In this document: positions 10,176-21,200 of the stretch, piece after piece | Numbering within the stretch: position 1 is the stretch's first letter | How the letters are laid out: each line of letters begins with the position of its first letter | DNA from: a virus | Taxonomy: Duplodnaviria; Heunggongvirae; Uroviricota; Caudoviricetes | DNA length: 64,000 nucleotides | IMG/VR virus record: IMGVR_UViG_3300043410_001642 | Location: 41,120-105,119 of that record | Direction: 5' to 3' (one strand) | Translations under genes and position numbers: made by a program | Notes under the pieces: model-generated | Databases searched by the model: none | Told to the model about the DNA's origin: nothing | Seen by the model: only the letters and a program-made list of their open reading frames with translations

Positions 10176-12482
10176 ATGAAAAGAATTGTTACACTTTTAT
10201 TCTTATTAACATCTTATTTTGGGTTTGGTCAGAGTGTATCTGCACCAGACCCTATTGTATTTACACAATCCACAAACGGACAAGATGCTAGTGGATTTGT
10301 ATTAAGTGGATTTAGTTCAACTGCAACTTTACTAACATCAATCAGTTTGGTAAATCCTCCAACTGGTACTACATTCTACCTAACTACAACAGCAGGATTA
10401 GCTGCAGCAAGTGGTTTTACATTGAGTGGTAATAAAACTCGTTTAGTATTTACTGGTACAATGGAAAACATTAACATTGCGTTAAATTCTTTGAAAGTAA
10501 ATACTGGTGTAACAAAAGGAGAAGTTAAATTATCAGTAGCAGCAACTGTCAATCCAACGGGATATTATTACAATGGTGTAAATGGACACTTCTATAAACC
10601 CGTAACAAACGGAAATACATATACGGGTGCAAGAGCAGCAGCCGAAGCAACAACATTCAAAGGGCAAACGGGATACTTAGTAACAATTACTTCTTCCGAT
10701 GAAGATGCTTTTATATATAACAATGTACCTCAATCACAAATATGGTTCGCATTAACCGATGAGGTTGTAGAAGGTAGATGGGTAATTGATGCTGGACCTG
10801 AAAAGGGAACTTTAATCAAAACATCAAACGGACAAACTGCGGGAAACATAGCTGGGCAATATAACAACTGGGCAGGTGGAGAGCCAAATAATAGTGGTAA
10901 TGAAGATTATGCAGTAACTAAATGGAATGGAACTCAATGGAACGATTTACCAAATGGATATTATTGTCCATATGTAATTGAATATGGAACTTGGTCCAAT
11001 CCCGATGATGCAACATTTACGGAGTTTTATACGAATTCAGTTTCTCATTCAAACGGACAAAGTTTAAGAGTTCAATTTAATTTTGATTTTGGCAATAATG
11101 TAGATGAAACAAAGTTTGCTACAAAAATGTACACAACTTCGGATTATGTAAACTATTCACCGGCAACAAACGCAGGATACAAATCACTAAATGGTTTGGG
11201 TAAAGTTGATATGAGTGCGGATATGGATACTGTAAAAGCAGCTACTGGGTTATATAAAGCAACTACAATTGGTGGACAAGCAGAATGGTGTGTAATATAC
11301 GATTATGATTTAACAAACCATAGATATAGAGTTGGTATTGATAGTAGAGAATTTATAGGTAGTTCTATAACTCCGAGTCAAATTTCTATTTTACAATTGT
11401 TTGATTTATATTATGGCAATGCTGAATTTGTATCATATGATCCAAATGGATGGGCTGAATATTATATCAATACAAATGTTGAATTTAATTTTGACCAATC
11501 AACATATGGAACTTATATTAGAAATGGTGGTTGGTATCGTGCGTTGAAAGCAGAGTTTTCATTTAGTGAATATTTGGCATATAAACAACATGATTTATTA
11601 TTTCAAGCATATAATGAAACTCAATTAGGTGCATTATATGGTCAAATAGTAACAGTATCGGATGTGTATTTAGCATTTAAGGAATTATCAAATAGTGGTA
11701 TATTTGGAAACCAAACCGGTAATGAATTTGCATATGGTATTCAATATGATAATGCTGATGTAAATGATGATGGATATTTTAACGAAACTGATACATATCT
11801 TTTATTGCAACACCTAACAGGTACAGGTACAAATCCTTTAGTAGCAGCAAATGTATTACCATATATGATGAAATTAGTACCACAAGAAACATATAACGAA
11901 ATTGGCAAGTCTAATTGGAACACTTTTCCATCTTTTCAGAGAGCAAAGTACCCAATTACATTTAATCCAACATCATTAAATGCATATAATGTAAGTGTAA
12001 CTTGGAAAGGAGATGTTAATTTATCACATTCAGCGATACCATCTGGAATTAATGCTACAAATTCAATTAATAATCAATTATCTCAAATAAAATCAATGTC
12101 GGTAACTACTAATTCAATTGGTGATGTAGAAGCTGATATTATGATGGAGAAAGTTGGTGATAGTGTTATTGCAACAATTAATTTAAATGCAAATGGAAAT
12201 CAGATAGGAGCTACACAATTTAATGTATTTTTTGATAATTCAGTTTTAGATTTTGTTAAAACGGAATATACTAATACAAAATCAACTAACTTTGGTAAAA
12301 ACAATGGTACATTCATTAGCGTGGGTTCATTAAATACATCAGGAGGTTCGGTTGATACTATTGGATATAAAATAACATTTAAACCAAAAGCAACTATTAC
12401 AAATATATTAGGATTGATTTCAGTGACAAGTGTTGAAACATTGGGAACTAACTTAAATAAATTAAATGTAAAGATACTATAA
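10176..12482 (+). CDS. secreted C-type lectin domain protein
   Basis: Signal peptide; WFALTDEVVEGRWV ... NNWAGGEPNN ... WNDLPNGYYC matches C-type lectin fold signature; track start 10164 is TTG, ATG at 10176 preferred. Confidence 0.6.
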   Translation: MKRIVTLLFLLTSYFGFGQSVSAPDPIVFTQSTNGQDASGFVLSGFSSTATLLTSISLVNPPTGTTFYLTTTAGLAAASGFTLSGNKTRLVFTGTMENINIALNSLKVNTGVTKGEVKLSVAATVNPTGYYYNGVNGHFYKPVTNGNTYTGARAAAEATTFKGQTGYLVTITSSDEDAFIYNNVPQSQIWFALTDEVVEGRWVIDAGPEKGTLIKTSNGQTAGNIAGQYNNWAGGEPNNSGNEDYAVTKWNGTQWNDLPNGYYCPYVIEYGTWSNPDDATFTEFYTNSVSHSNGQSLRVQFNFDFGNNVDETKFATKMYTTSDYVNYSPATNAGYKSLNGLGKVDMSADMDTVKAATGLYKATTIGGQAEWCVIYDYDLTNHRYRVGIDSREFIGSSITPSQISILQLFDLYYGNAEFVSYDPNGWAEYYINTNVEFNFDQSTYGTYIRNGGWYRALKAEFSFSEYLAYKQHDLLFQAYNETQLGALYGQIVTVSDVYLAFKELSNSGIFGNQTGNEFAYGIQYDNADVNDDGYFNETDTYLLLQHLTGTGTNPLVAANVLPYMMKLVPQETYNEIGKSNWNTFPSFQRAKYPITFNPTSLNAYNVSVTWKGDVNLSHSAIPSGINATNSINNQLSQIKSMSVTTNSIGDVEADIMMEKVGDSVIATINLNANGNQIGATQFNVFFDNSVLDFVKTEYTNTKSTNFGKNNGTFISVGSLNTSGGSVDTIGYKITFKPKATITNILGLISVTSVETLGTNLNKLNVKIL

Positions 12483-12838
12483 TGAAGTGGATTAGAATTA
12501 TATTATTGTGTTGTGTGGTATTTATGATTTCTTGTCATAAAGAAGAAATATTGCCAGTAACACCTCCGATAGCTAGAGTAGATGTATTTACTCAATCCGA
12601 TAATAGTGTATCTAATGGAGATGAAATTATGTTCAAACTAACATCTGATAGCACTTATATATTAAAGTTGGTAGATAAGGCTACAAATCAGGTAATAAGT
12701 AAAGAAAAGATAGTTGGTAAGATAGGAGAAAATAAACTTAATATATATACGAAATCAATACAAAGTAAATATTTATATTTGATTTTAGAGTCAATTGATA
12801 AAAAGGAAATAAAGAAAACAACAATAAACATAAATTAA
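12482..12838 (+). CDS. lipoprotein
   Basis: Lipobox-like MISCHKEE after signal peptide; C-terminal region resembles Bacteroidetes T9SS sorting domain. Confidence 0.45.
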   Translation: MKWIRIILLCCVVFMISCHKEEILPVTPPIARVDVFTQSDNSVSNGDEIMFKLTSDSTYILKLVDKATNQVISKEKIVGKIGENKLNIYTKSIQSKYLYLILESIDKKEIKKTTININ

Positions 12839-12839
12839 A

Positions 12840-13208
12840 ATGAAGAAATTATTGGTATTATTAGGAAGTGTTATGTTATTAGTTGCTTGCCATAAGGAAG
12901 ATTTACCATCTCCTGCGGTAAATGTAGCTGAAGATTTAAAGATAGCAAGTTCTACTGGTATCAAATTACAATCATCTTTCGTAACTTCAGAAGTTGCAAT
13001 GAATGTAAAAGCAGAAGTAGCAGGAAGTGTATCTATCAAAATATTAGATATTGCTAATAGAGTAGTATCAAAGGAAACGATGAATGTAAGTGCGGGTGAT
13101 AATGTATTAAAAGTATATACAACTGCATTACCTAAATCAGCATATAGAATTGCTTTATATAATTCTAATGGTTCTCTATTAGGAATTACAGATTTTAATA
13201 AGTTATAG
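12840..13208 (+). CDS. lipoprotein
   Basis: LLVACHKED lipobox; C-terminus (VSIKILDIANRVV...YRIALYNSNGSLLG) resembles T9SS C-terminal sorting domain. Confidence 0.45.
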   Translation: MKKLLVLLGSVMLLVACHKEDLPSPAVNVAEDLKIASSTGIKLQSSFVTSEVAMNVKAEVAGSVSIKILDIANRVVSKETMNVSAGDNVLKVYTTALPKSAYRIALYNSNGSLLGITDFNKL

Positions 13209-13236
13209 TAAAAACAACTAAAAAAACAAAAACAAA

Positions 13237-13554
13237 ATGGCAGAAGAACAAGAAGAATCAACTGGAAAATCCTTTAAGGGTATTTTAATTGGTTTAGCAA
13301 GCACAATCACTTTGGGAGTTGGTGGTTTCATCACTAACAAATTAACAGGTGGTGAAGAAAAGGAAACACCGGTTCAACAAGCGGCTCCGGTAATTAATAT
13401 CCAAAATACACAACAACAATCAGCGGGTAAGACTGTAATTGTAAATGGTGGTGGAAATGGTGGTGCAACTGCAAAACCAGCAGAGGCAAAACCAGCGGCA
13501 CCGGTTAAGAAAAAAGAAGGAGACGAATTCAAAGAGAAACCAGCTCAATGGTAA
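13237..13554 (+). CDS. hypothetical membrane protein
   Basis: 105 aa; one TM segment; Ala/Pro/Lys-rich tail. Confidence 0.4.
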   Translation: MAEEQEESTGKSFKGILIGLASTITLGVGGFITNKLTGGEEKETPVQQAAPVINIQNTQQQSAGKTVIVNGGGNGGATAKPAEAKPAAPVKKKEGDEFKEKPAQW

Positions 13555-13645
13555 TCTATGGATTGGTATAAAATAGGGGTTACGGGATTTTTTATATTGT
13601 TCTTTATTGGAACAATGTATATAGCAATAAAACAAAGAGAGAAAA

Positions 13646-14272
13646 ATGAGTAATCAACAACAACCGCCGAGTGGTTTCAAAGACCTATTAAATAAAATGA
13701 TGGCCAGAAGATGGTATATCACTGCATTAGTATTAGGTTCATTTGTAATAATTATCGGTGGTATATTTGCAGCAATTACTTCCAAAACACCTGCATCAGC
13801 AGAATGGAAGGAACTTTTATTATTAATGTTAGGTGCTTTCATTGGTTCTTATGGTAAAATCATTGACTATTGGTTTAGTGATACTGATAAGGATAAGATG
13901 TTAGTTCAAAAAATGGATGAAGAAGATGGTGTTACCCTTTCACATACAAATGATATGAAAGAAAGTAACAAAGAAATCGGACCAACCATTCCAGACGCAT
14001 TTATTAAAGCAGCTGAAAAAGCACAATCTGAACCAATTTTAAATGATACATTTCAACAAGTTCCTGCTACTCCAAAAGTAGAAGCAAAGAAAGGTGTTGA
14101 AATAGATGAGGATGGAGATGGTGTAATGGATGGTATTGATATTGATGGGGATGGTAAAATCGATGAATACTTTGCACATAGACAATGTGAGCATGTTTGG
14201 GGTGATGCTGATGGAGATGGACACGAAGAATGTCAAAAGTGTGGTTTGTTGAGAGAACAATATAACGGATAA
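13646..14272 (+). CDS. membrane protein with Asp-rich Ca-binding-like repeats
   Basis: TM helix then DEDGDGVMDGIDIDGDGKIDE and DADGDGHEEC repeats with CxxC. Confidence 0.4.
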   Translation: MSNQQQPPSGFKDLLNKMMARRWYITALVLGSFVIIIGGIFAAITSKTPASAEWKELLLLMLGAFIGSYGKIIDYWFSDTDKDKMLVQKMDEEDGVTLSHTNDMKESNKEIGPTIPDAFIKAAEKAQSEPILNDTFQQVPATPKVEAKKGVEIDEDGDGVMDGIDIDGDGKIDEYFAHRQCEHVWGDADGDGHEECQKCGLLREQYNG

Positions 14273-14316
14273 ATTAGTTACGGAATTGTTATAGTTAAAT
14301 GTTTAAATAAGAAACT

Positions 14317-14592
14317 ATGGGATTCTTTAAAGATTTAGTTAGTGATGAAAATCACATTAATGAAAAATCATTCATTGGTATTTGCTCATTCGGAGTAATG
14401 GTATTATGTATGATTGTTGATTTAGTAACAGGAGCACTTAACAAACCACTTTTAATTAATGAGTTTGTTTTTGATGCTTTTATGTATTTAACATTAGGGG
14501 CTTTTGGTATAGCTTCAGTGGATAAATTTATTAATAAAAAATCAATCACCGACAAAGCAAAAATAGATGCCGGTGTTGAAGAAGAAGGATAA
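14317..14592 (+). CDS. small membrane protein (holin-like candidate)
   Basis: 91 aa with two hydrophobic segments, upstream of the endolysin region. Confidence 0.35.
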   Translation: MGFFKDLVSDENHINEKSFIGICSFGVMVLCMIVDLVTGALNKPLLINEFVFDAFMYLTLGAFGIASVDKFINKKSITDKAKIDAGVEEEG

Positions 14593-14599
14593 TTAAATT

Positions 14600-15370
14600 A
14601 TGTATAAAGTAAGAGGATATTACAAACCGGAAGATTCTTTCCATACTATTAAAGAATGGGAAGAAATTTCTAAGCAATTTTTAGATTTAGAAAAGCAAGG
14701 GTTTGATACCAGAGGTGGAAACATTGATGGTAATCCTCAACTTATACAATTAATTCATAAGTATTTTGGATACCAACTTTATATTGAAACTGAACAATTT
14801 CCTTCTTTGACTAGAAAGAAAGTATTAGATTTTATTGAAGATTTTACTAATCATAGAGTATGGTCTATCAGAGATGAATTCAAAGATTATTTAGTTAATA
14901 TAGATAACGATAAGATTGCATTTTTCAACTCAAGAGATAATATAGAACCATATGTTCTTTTAGATGAACAATTTACAACTGATTTATATGGAAAAACTGA
15001 TTCTGAATTAGTAACATTCCATTGGACAGATAAAGCGGGATTAATTAATATAATAGATTCGGTAAAGAACGGATATAAATTTGAAATATCAACTTTCACA
15101 ACACAGGCAAAGGAATTTTTCAGACCAGAACAAAATGTGTTAGTTAAATTAAAAGGTGATTTAGTTGCAGCTTTCAAATCAGATGCAAAAACATATACAA
15201 CTGATAGAGGTAAGAAAGCGGCTAATATGTATAGATTGGGTTATCCGGAAGGTGAAAGTAATTTGTGTAGAAATCCAAATGATTGCACACAAAATAAAAC
15301 ATCATTATGGAATGAAATAATAATCAAACCAAAAGAGGTTATGGCATACAAAGAAATAAAAAAATATTAA
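14600..15370 (+). CDS. hypothetical protein
   Basis: 256-aa ORF ending 1 nt before the endolysin start. Confidence 0.45.
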   Translation: MYKVRGYYKPEDSFHTIKEWEEISKQFLDLEKQGFDTRGGNIDGNPQLIQLIHKYFGYQLYIETEQFPSLTRKKVLDFIEDFTNHRVWSIRDEFKDYLVNIDNDKIAFFNSRDNIEPYVLLDEQFTTDLYGKTDSELVTFHWTDKAGLINIIDSVKNGYKFEISTFTTQAKEFFRPEQNVLVKLKGDLVAAFKSDAKTYTTDRGKKAANMYRLGYPEGESNLCRNPNDCTQNKTSLWNEIIIKPKEVMAYKEIKKY

Positions 15371-15371
15371 A

Positions 15372-16208
15372 ATGTTATTAAAAAGAGGTGATAACAATGA
15401 AAGTGTAAAATTGTTACAAACAAAATTACATTTAGAACCAATAGGTAACTTTGGCCCTAAAACGGAAGATGCGGTTAAAGTATGGCAAGCGGCTCATGGT
15501 TTAACAGCAGATGGTATCGTAGGTGATAAGACATGGGCGATGATTATGGGAGATGAAGAGCACGAAGAAGTTAAACAACAAGTAGCGGCAGTAGCATCTT
15601 CAACTGGATTAAACTTAGCTAAATTAAAAGGGCATGTGCCGGATGCAGTAATTGCTATGATTCCTGATACGGCAGCTAAATTCCAAATCAATACTCCATT
15701 GAGATTAGCACACTTCTTAGCACAATGTGGTCATGAGAGTGGTGGGTTTAGAGTAACATCTGAAAACTTAAACTATTCTGCAAAGGGATTAAATGGTATA
15801 TTCAAAAAGTATTTCCCAACTGAAGCTGCAGCAGCGGCTTATGCTAGAAACCCACAAAAGATTGCTAACAAAGTATATGCAAATAGAATGGATAACGGAA
15901 GTGAAGCAAGTGGTGATGGATACAAATTCAGAGGAAGAGGATATATCCAATTGACAGGTAGAGCAAACTATACATTATTCGGTAAAGCAATCGGAGAAGA
16001 TATAGCAAACAATCCTGATTCAGTTAGTGGTAAGCATGCTTTATTATCAGCGGCATGGTTCTGGTCTAAAAACGGATTGAACAAATTAGCTGATGGAGGT
16101 GCTGGTGATTCAGTGGTAACATCTATTACTAAGAGAGTAAATGGTGGAACTATCGGATTAGCAGATAGAATTAAACATTTTAAAGAGTATTATTCTTTAT
16201 TATCATAA
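15372..16208 (+). CDS. endolysin: peptidoglycan-binding domain + glycoside hydrolase family 19-like lysozyme
   Basis: N-terminal PG_binding_1-like repeat (KLLQTKLHLEPIGNFGPKTEDAVKVWQAAHGLTADGIVGDKTW); catalytic region GHESGGFRV...YKFRGRGYIQLTGRANY typical of GH19 lysozyme/chitinase. Confidence 0.75.
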   Translation: MLLKRGDNNESVKLLQTKLHLEPIGNFGPKTEDAVKVWQAAHGLTADGIVGDKTWAMIMGDEEHEEVKQQVAAVASSTGLNLAKLKGHVPDAVIAMIPDTAAKFQINTPLRLAHFLAQCGHESGGFRVTSENLNYSAKGLNGIFKKYFPTEAAAAAYARNPQKIANKVYANRMDNGSEASGDGYKFRGRGYIQLTGRANYTLFGKAIGEDIANNPDSVSGKHALLSAAWFWSKNGLNKLADGGAGDSVVTSITKRVNGGTIGLADRIKHFKEYYSLLS

Positions 16209-16213
16209 TTTAA

Positions 16214-16241
16214 AAGGGAGAACATAGTTTTCCCTTTTTTT
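16214..16241 (+). terminator. rho-independent terminator after endolysin
   Basis: AAGGGA-GAACATAGTT-TTCCCTT + TTTTT. Confidence 0.55.
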
Positions 16242-16265
16242 ATATTTATACAAAACAAACAAACT

Positions 16266-17303
16266 ATGGGTAACATATTTGGTGATATAGGTGGTTGGAT
16301 TGATGATAACATTGTAAAACCAATTGATAATAACATCATAAAACCAATTGATGATGGTGCAAAGGATGTAATCCATATCGTAGTTGATGGGACGGTTCAA
16401 ACTTACAATGATGCTACAAAAGTAGTAAATGATGCTGGTAATTTTGTTGTTGATATTTCGAAAGATACATACAACTATTCAGTAGCATTTGCAATGGATA
16501 CCGCATATAGAACGGCAGATGCTGGTTCATATGTTGCAAGAAATACTGAAGATTTTAGTAAAGCGGGATTAGATGTAACTCAAAAGGAGTTTATCAATTT
16601 ATCTAAACAAGCAGAAACACAAATCATAAATGGAGTTGAAGTAATTAAATATGGTTTTGATTATGCATATAATTGGTTAGATGAAAATGCTTGTAGAATT
16701 GGATTAACTGCGGCTATCTCTATGGGATTTGTTGCAGCATTTTCACCATCAAATCCACAAGGTGCGGCTAAATCCACAAGTATTTCTGCTATGGTTATCA
16801 CAGCAGTTGAAAGTGCTGGTTCTGCGGCTAAGAAAACAGCAGTTAATACTGCATTAGCATATGCAGTAGCATTGGCAATAATTGAACCTATTTGGGCTAT
16901 TCCTGGAGTTGGAGGTTGTTGTGATAAAACATTATTAACGAATTGTATTTCAAATGCAATTTATTATTCATTTGATGTTAGTATGGAATTATGGATGTCC
17001 GGTGCGGGAGTTTGTATTGCATTAGGTGCAGCAGTTGCTCCAATCATCGCTACATACATTTGTACAAGAACGATGCCTAATGGATTTTCAAAAGCAATTA
17101 CTGATCCACATAGTAACGCAAATTCGTTGGAAACGCTTACACAATCCATTAAAAGTAGTGAAAAATGTTACAATAACTTACCAGTGGGTTGGTCTTCAAA
17201 AGCACCAAAAGGAGTGATGTATAGTTCAAATATGCCACCGGCTGGATATAAGTGGGTATATGGGCCAAAAAATGAAAGAGAAAAAGCTAGAATAGATTGT
17301 TAA
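16266..17303 (+). CDS. hypothetical membrane protein
   Basis: 345 aa with several Ala/Gly-rich hydrophobic stretches. Confidence 0.4.
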   Translation: MGNIFGDIGGWIDDNIVKPIDNNIIKPIDDGAKDVIHIVVDGTVQTYNDATKVVNDAGNFVVDISKDTYNYSVAFAMDTAYRTADAGSYVARNTEDFSKAGLDVTQKEFINLSKQAETQIINGVEVIKYGFDYAYNWLDENACRIGLTAAISMGFVAAFSPSNPQGAAKSTSISAMVITAVESAGSAAKKTAVNTALAYAVALAIIEPIWAIPGVGGCCDKTLLTNCISNAIYYSFDVSMELWMSGAGVCIALGAAVAPIIATYICTRTMPNGFSKAITDPHSNANSLETLTQSIKSSEKCYNNLPVGWSSKAPKGVMYSSNMPPAGYKWVYGPKNEREKARIDC

Positions 17304-17325
17304 ATTAATTAAATGAAAAAAGTAT

Positions 17326-18048
17326 ATGAAAAAATTGTTGGTATTTTTAAGCTTATTTTTATTAAGCAGTGTTGCGGTTGTTGCTCAAACGATAGGAAGC
17401 GTAAAAACGGAACAGTTCAAAGCATCATTCGAAACTAAATCAGATATTACTAAATTTTTAGATTATGATGGCCCTCAAATTCCGATACAAATTCTCAAAT
17501 GTGGCATCGGTGATGAGGTTTATGAGCAATATCCAGAGCTCAAGGAAAAGAAAGTGGGTTTGGGTGTGGCTAATATCACGCTTGAATATTTGGATAATCT
17601 TGGTAGATTTACATTTACGGAAGATAAAACAGAAATTAAAAATAGAATGGTAAAGCAATTCCAAGCATCTCAAGCAGGAATTTCTCAGGATAAATTAGAT
17701 GGTAGAGGTAAAATCCGTTTAGCTCATTACTTTGTTGAAATAGAAGTATATGATTATTCAGTATCGGAAGATGAAAGTATTAGTATGAAAGATGGTATTA
17801 AGGATAATATGGTAACTCGTATCGGTTTGCAAGTTAGATTTACTGATGCTGAAAATGGAACTATTATAGCAGCATCTGGATTAGGAGAAGCTACGACAAA
17901 TAGACAATTAACTTTATTATCAGATGCAACTGTGGATCCAATCAAATTTAATCAATCAACTATATCAATCTCTACTAAAAAAGCATTGGATATAGCTTGT
18001 GCGAATATATTATCTAAAATGGTTAAAAAAGGTGTATTCACTAAATAA
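17326..18048 (+). CDS. secreted hypothetical protein
   Basis: Signal peptide MKKLLVFLSLFLLSSVAVVAQ. Confidence 0.45.
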   Translation: MKKLLVFLSLFLLSSVAVVAQTIGSVKTEQFKASFETKSDITKFLDYDGPQIPIQILKCGIGDEVYEQYPELKEKKVGLGVANITLEYLDNLGRFTFTEDKTEIKNRMVKQFQASQAGISQDKLDGRGKIRLAHYFVEIEVYDYSVSEDESISMKDGIKDNMVTRIGLQVRFTDAENGTIIAASGLGEATTNRQLTLLSDATVDPIKFNQSTISISTKKALDIACANILSKMVKKGVFTK

Positions 18049-18052
18049 ATTA

Positions 18053-18160
18053 TGGCAAACAAAAAGAGTAAAAAAAGAGCTATGAGAAGTGTTAAATCTG
18101 GAGTGAAAACTTTAGAGTTAATAAAAAAGAATCAAGAAATATTAAATAAGTATAGATAAT
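18053..18160 (+). CDS. small basic protein (35 aa)
   Basis: MANKKSKKRAMRSVKSG...; short ORF not in track; low confidence. Confidence 0.25.
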
Positions 18161-18240
18161 TTCTTAATAATTTGTTAATATAAAAGTAACAAATTTAGAA
18201 CAATACTTTCCTACTTATTGTTGAACACAAAAACAACATA

Positions 18241-21200
18241 ATGAGGAAAGTATTTTTATTTATGATGATGTTAGTTTCTTTAACATCGTTTTCACAAATT
18301 ACAAACTCGAACATTTCGGGTAGAATTAAAGATAAAAAGGGAGAATCTATCCCTGGCACAACAATCCAACTAATCTTAAAATCAAATGGTGTAAAATACA
18401 ATACATCTACTGATGGCAGTGGTATTTATCATATCTACAATGCAAATGTAGGTGGGCCATATTCAATTAAGATTACATCAATTGGATTCAAACCTTATGA
18501 GAAATCTAATTTAGAATTCAATTTAGGTGATAACATTTTAGATGTAACATTAGAAGAAGAAAATACACAATTGAAAGAGGTTGTGGTAGTTGCACAAAGA
18601 AATGGTATTAAGGGTAGTGGTATGGTATTAGGAGAACAAAAAATAAGTTCTATACCAACTCTATCTCGTTCAATTACGGATTTCACAAAATTAGTTCCAC
18701 AATCAATAAATAACTCTTTTGCAGGAACAAACTTTCGTTACAACAATGTAACTATTGATGGAACAATTAATAATGATGCTATTGGGTTCTCTCCATCATT
18801 AGGTGGGCAAGCGGGAACATCTGGTATGCCTGGTTCATCAACTAGAACATCACCAATATCATTGGATGCAATACAAGATATACAAGTTTATGTTGCACCA
18901 TTTGATGTTAAGGTAGGTAACTTTTTAGGTGGTTCAATCAACGCAATTACAAGAAGTGGAACAAACGATGTAAAAGGTTCGGTATATGTTTATGGAAGAA
19001 ATAGTTCATTAGCAGGATTCAATACAACAAATGAATTCCATGATTATCAGACTGGATTCAGAATTGGATTACCATTAAAGAAAGATAAATTATTCTTATT
19101 CACATCGGGTGAAATTACAAATAGAAATGAACCTGTATTCTATGGTTCTAATAGTGGTGGATTAGTTTCTGATTCATTAGCAAATGTTATTTCTACATTT
19201 ACAAAAACTAAATACGGATACAATGTAGGTGATTACAAAGATTACTCAATCTATTCAAAATCACAAAAGATATTCAATAGATTAGATTGGAATATCAACT
19301 CTCATAATCAATTAACATTGAGAAACAACACTGTCTTTTCTGAAGCAACAAATTTAGAAAGAGATTTGGGTAATTTTCGTTTTGGTTCTATGGACTTCAA
19401 ACAAAACAATAACCAATCTTCAACAGTCGCAGAGTTAAGAACAAATGTAGGTAAAATATCAAATTCATTAATCATAGGTTATTCTAATATCAAAGATTTT
19501 AGAACTCCTTTATCTGAAAACATTTCATTCCCACAAACTGAAATTGCATACAATGGTGGAACTATCTTTATAGGAAACGAAAGAGAGGCTACCATATTTA
19601 ATATGAAACAAAAGACAACTGAATTTACTGATAATTTCAATTTTTCAGTTGGTACGCATAATATCTTAATTGGAACTCATAATGAATTTTACGATTTATC
19701 TTATGGGTTTGTGAATAGTTGGAATGGTAGAATTTCTTACAAATCAGTTGGAGATTATTTAGCAGGAAAAGTAAATAGAGTTAGAGGATTTTATTCATTT
19801 GGTAATAATGATAGAGATTACATATTTGATAATCCATATGCAAACTACAAAGTAAATTTATATAGTGGTTACTTACAGGATGAGATATTATTAGGTGATT
19901 TCAGAGTAACACCAGGTATTCGTTTTGACTATACTGGATTACCAAACAAACCAAACATATCTTCACAGGCACCAACACAATACACAAACGATTATTTCAA
20001 CAACTTAAACATATCACCAAGAATTGGATTTACATATAAAAACAATGGATGGAATATCAAAGGTGGTAGTGGTGTATTCGTAGGTAGAATTCCTTTTGCT
20101 TGGTTAGGATATGCATACTACAACGATGGTGTTGGATTTGGTTCATTTGATTTGAATAATAGAGCAACACTTACAAATGTTGGTGACCCAATTAAAGATG
20201 GTTCAAAAGTATGGGCATTCAATAACGGACAAAAGAATTTAGTTCAAATGGATATAATTGATAATGGATTTAAGATGCCGAAAGTATGGAGAAGTAATTT
20301 TGGTATTGATAAAACAATTGAAGGATATAAAATCGGAATAGAAGGATTATATACACAGGTTCTTACTGATTTGAAATTCCAACAAATAAATATCATAACT
20401 GATAATCCAACTTATTATTCATTTGATACTCAAAAGGAAATGCCAATTTATAGTGGAGCAAAAGTAAATTCAAATTTATCAAATGCTTACTTATTATCAA
20501 ATACGGATAAAGGATATAGATATCAAATTACAACTACATTAAATAAAAGATACCCATTTGGTTTAGATGTATATGGTGCATACACTTATGGTGTTGCAAA
20601 AGATGTAACAAATGGTATCAGAAATTCAATGGAATCAAACTGGCAGTTAAATCAATCCCTAACTCCAAATGACCCTCAATTATCATATTCAAACTTTGAT
20701 GTTAGACATAGAATCATTTCAACACTAACATATAGATTAAAAACAACACAAGTAACTATGGTATTAAACTCACAAAGTGGAGTACCATTTACTTGGGGAT
20801 TGGTAAATGGAACATTACAAAACAACCCACAATCTGCAGGATTAGTTTATATCTTTAAAGATAATGAGGTTAGTAAATACATAACAAACCCAACACAATC
20901 AACTGCATTTACGGAGTTCGTAAATGGTAATGAATATTTGAGTAGTAGAAAAGGAAGTTTCACCGAAAGAAATGGTGGAAGAACCCCATGGAGCACAACA
21001 TTGGATATGAAGATTACTCAAAATGTTGGAAAACATCTACAATTCACAGCTGATTTGTTTAACCTAACAAATCTATTAAATGAAGAGTGGGGGAAGATAT
21101 ACTTCGTATCAAATACATTCAATTCAACATCATCAGTTGGATTATCAAAAGTAAGTGGTGAGGTATTCAGTTTTACAAAACCAACTCAAACTCCATATTC

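Noticed and set aside
12791-13261. Minus-strand ORF of 156 aa
   Set aside because: Fully overlaps two + strand lipoprotein genes with signal peptides. Low-complexity hydrophobic translation typical of antisense frames in AT-rich DNA.
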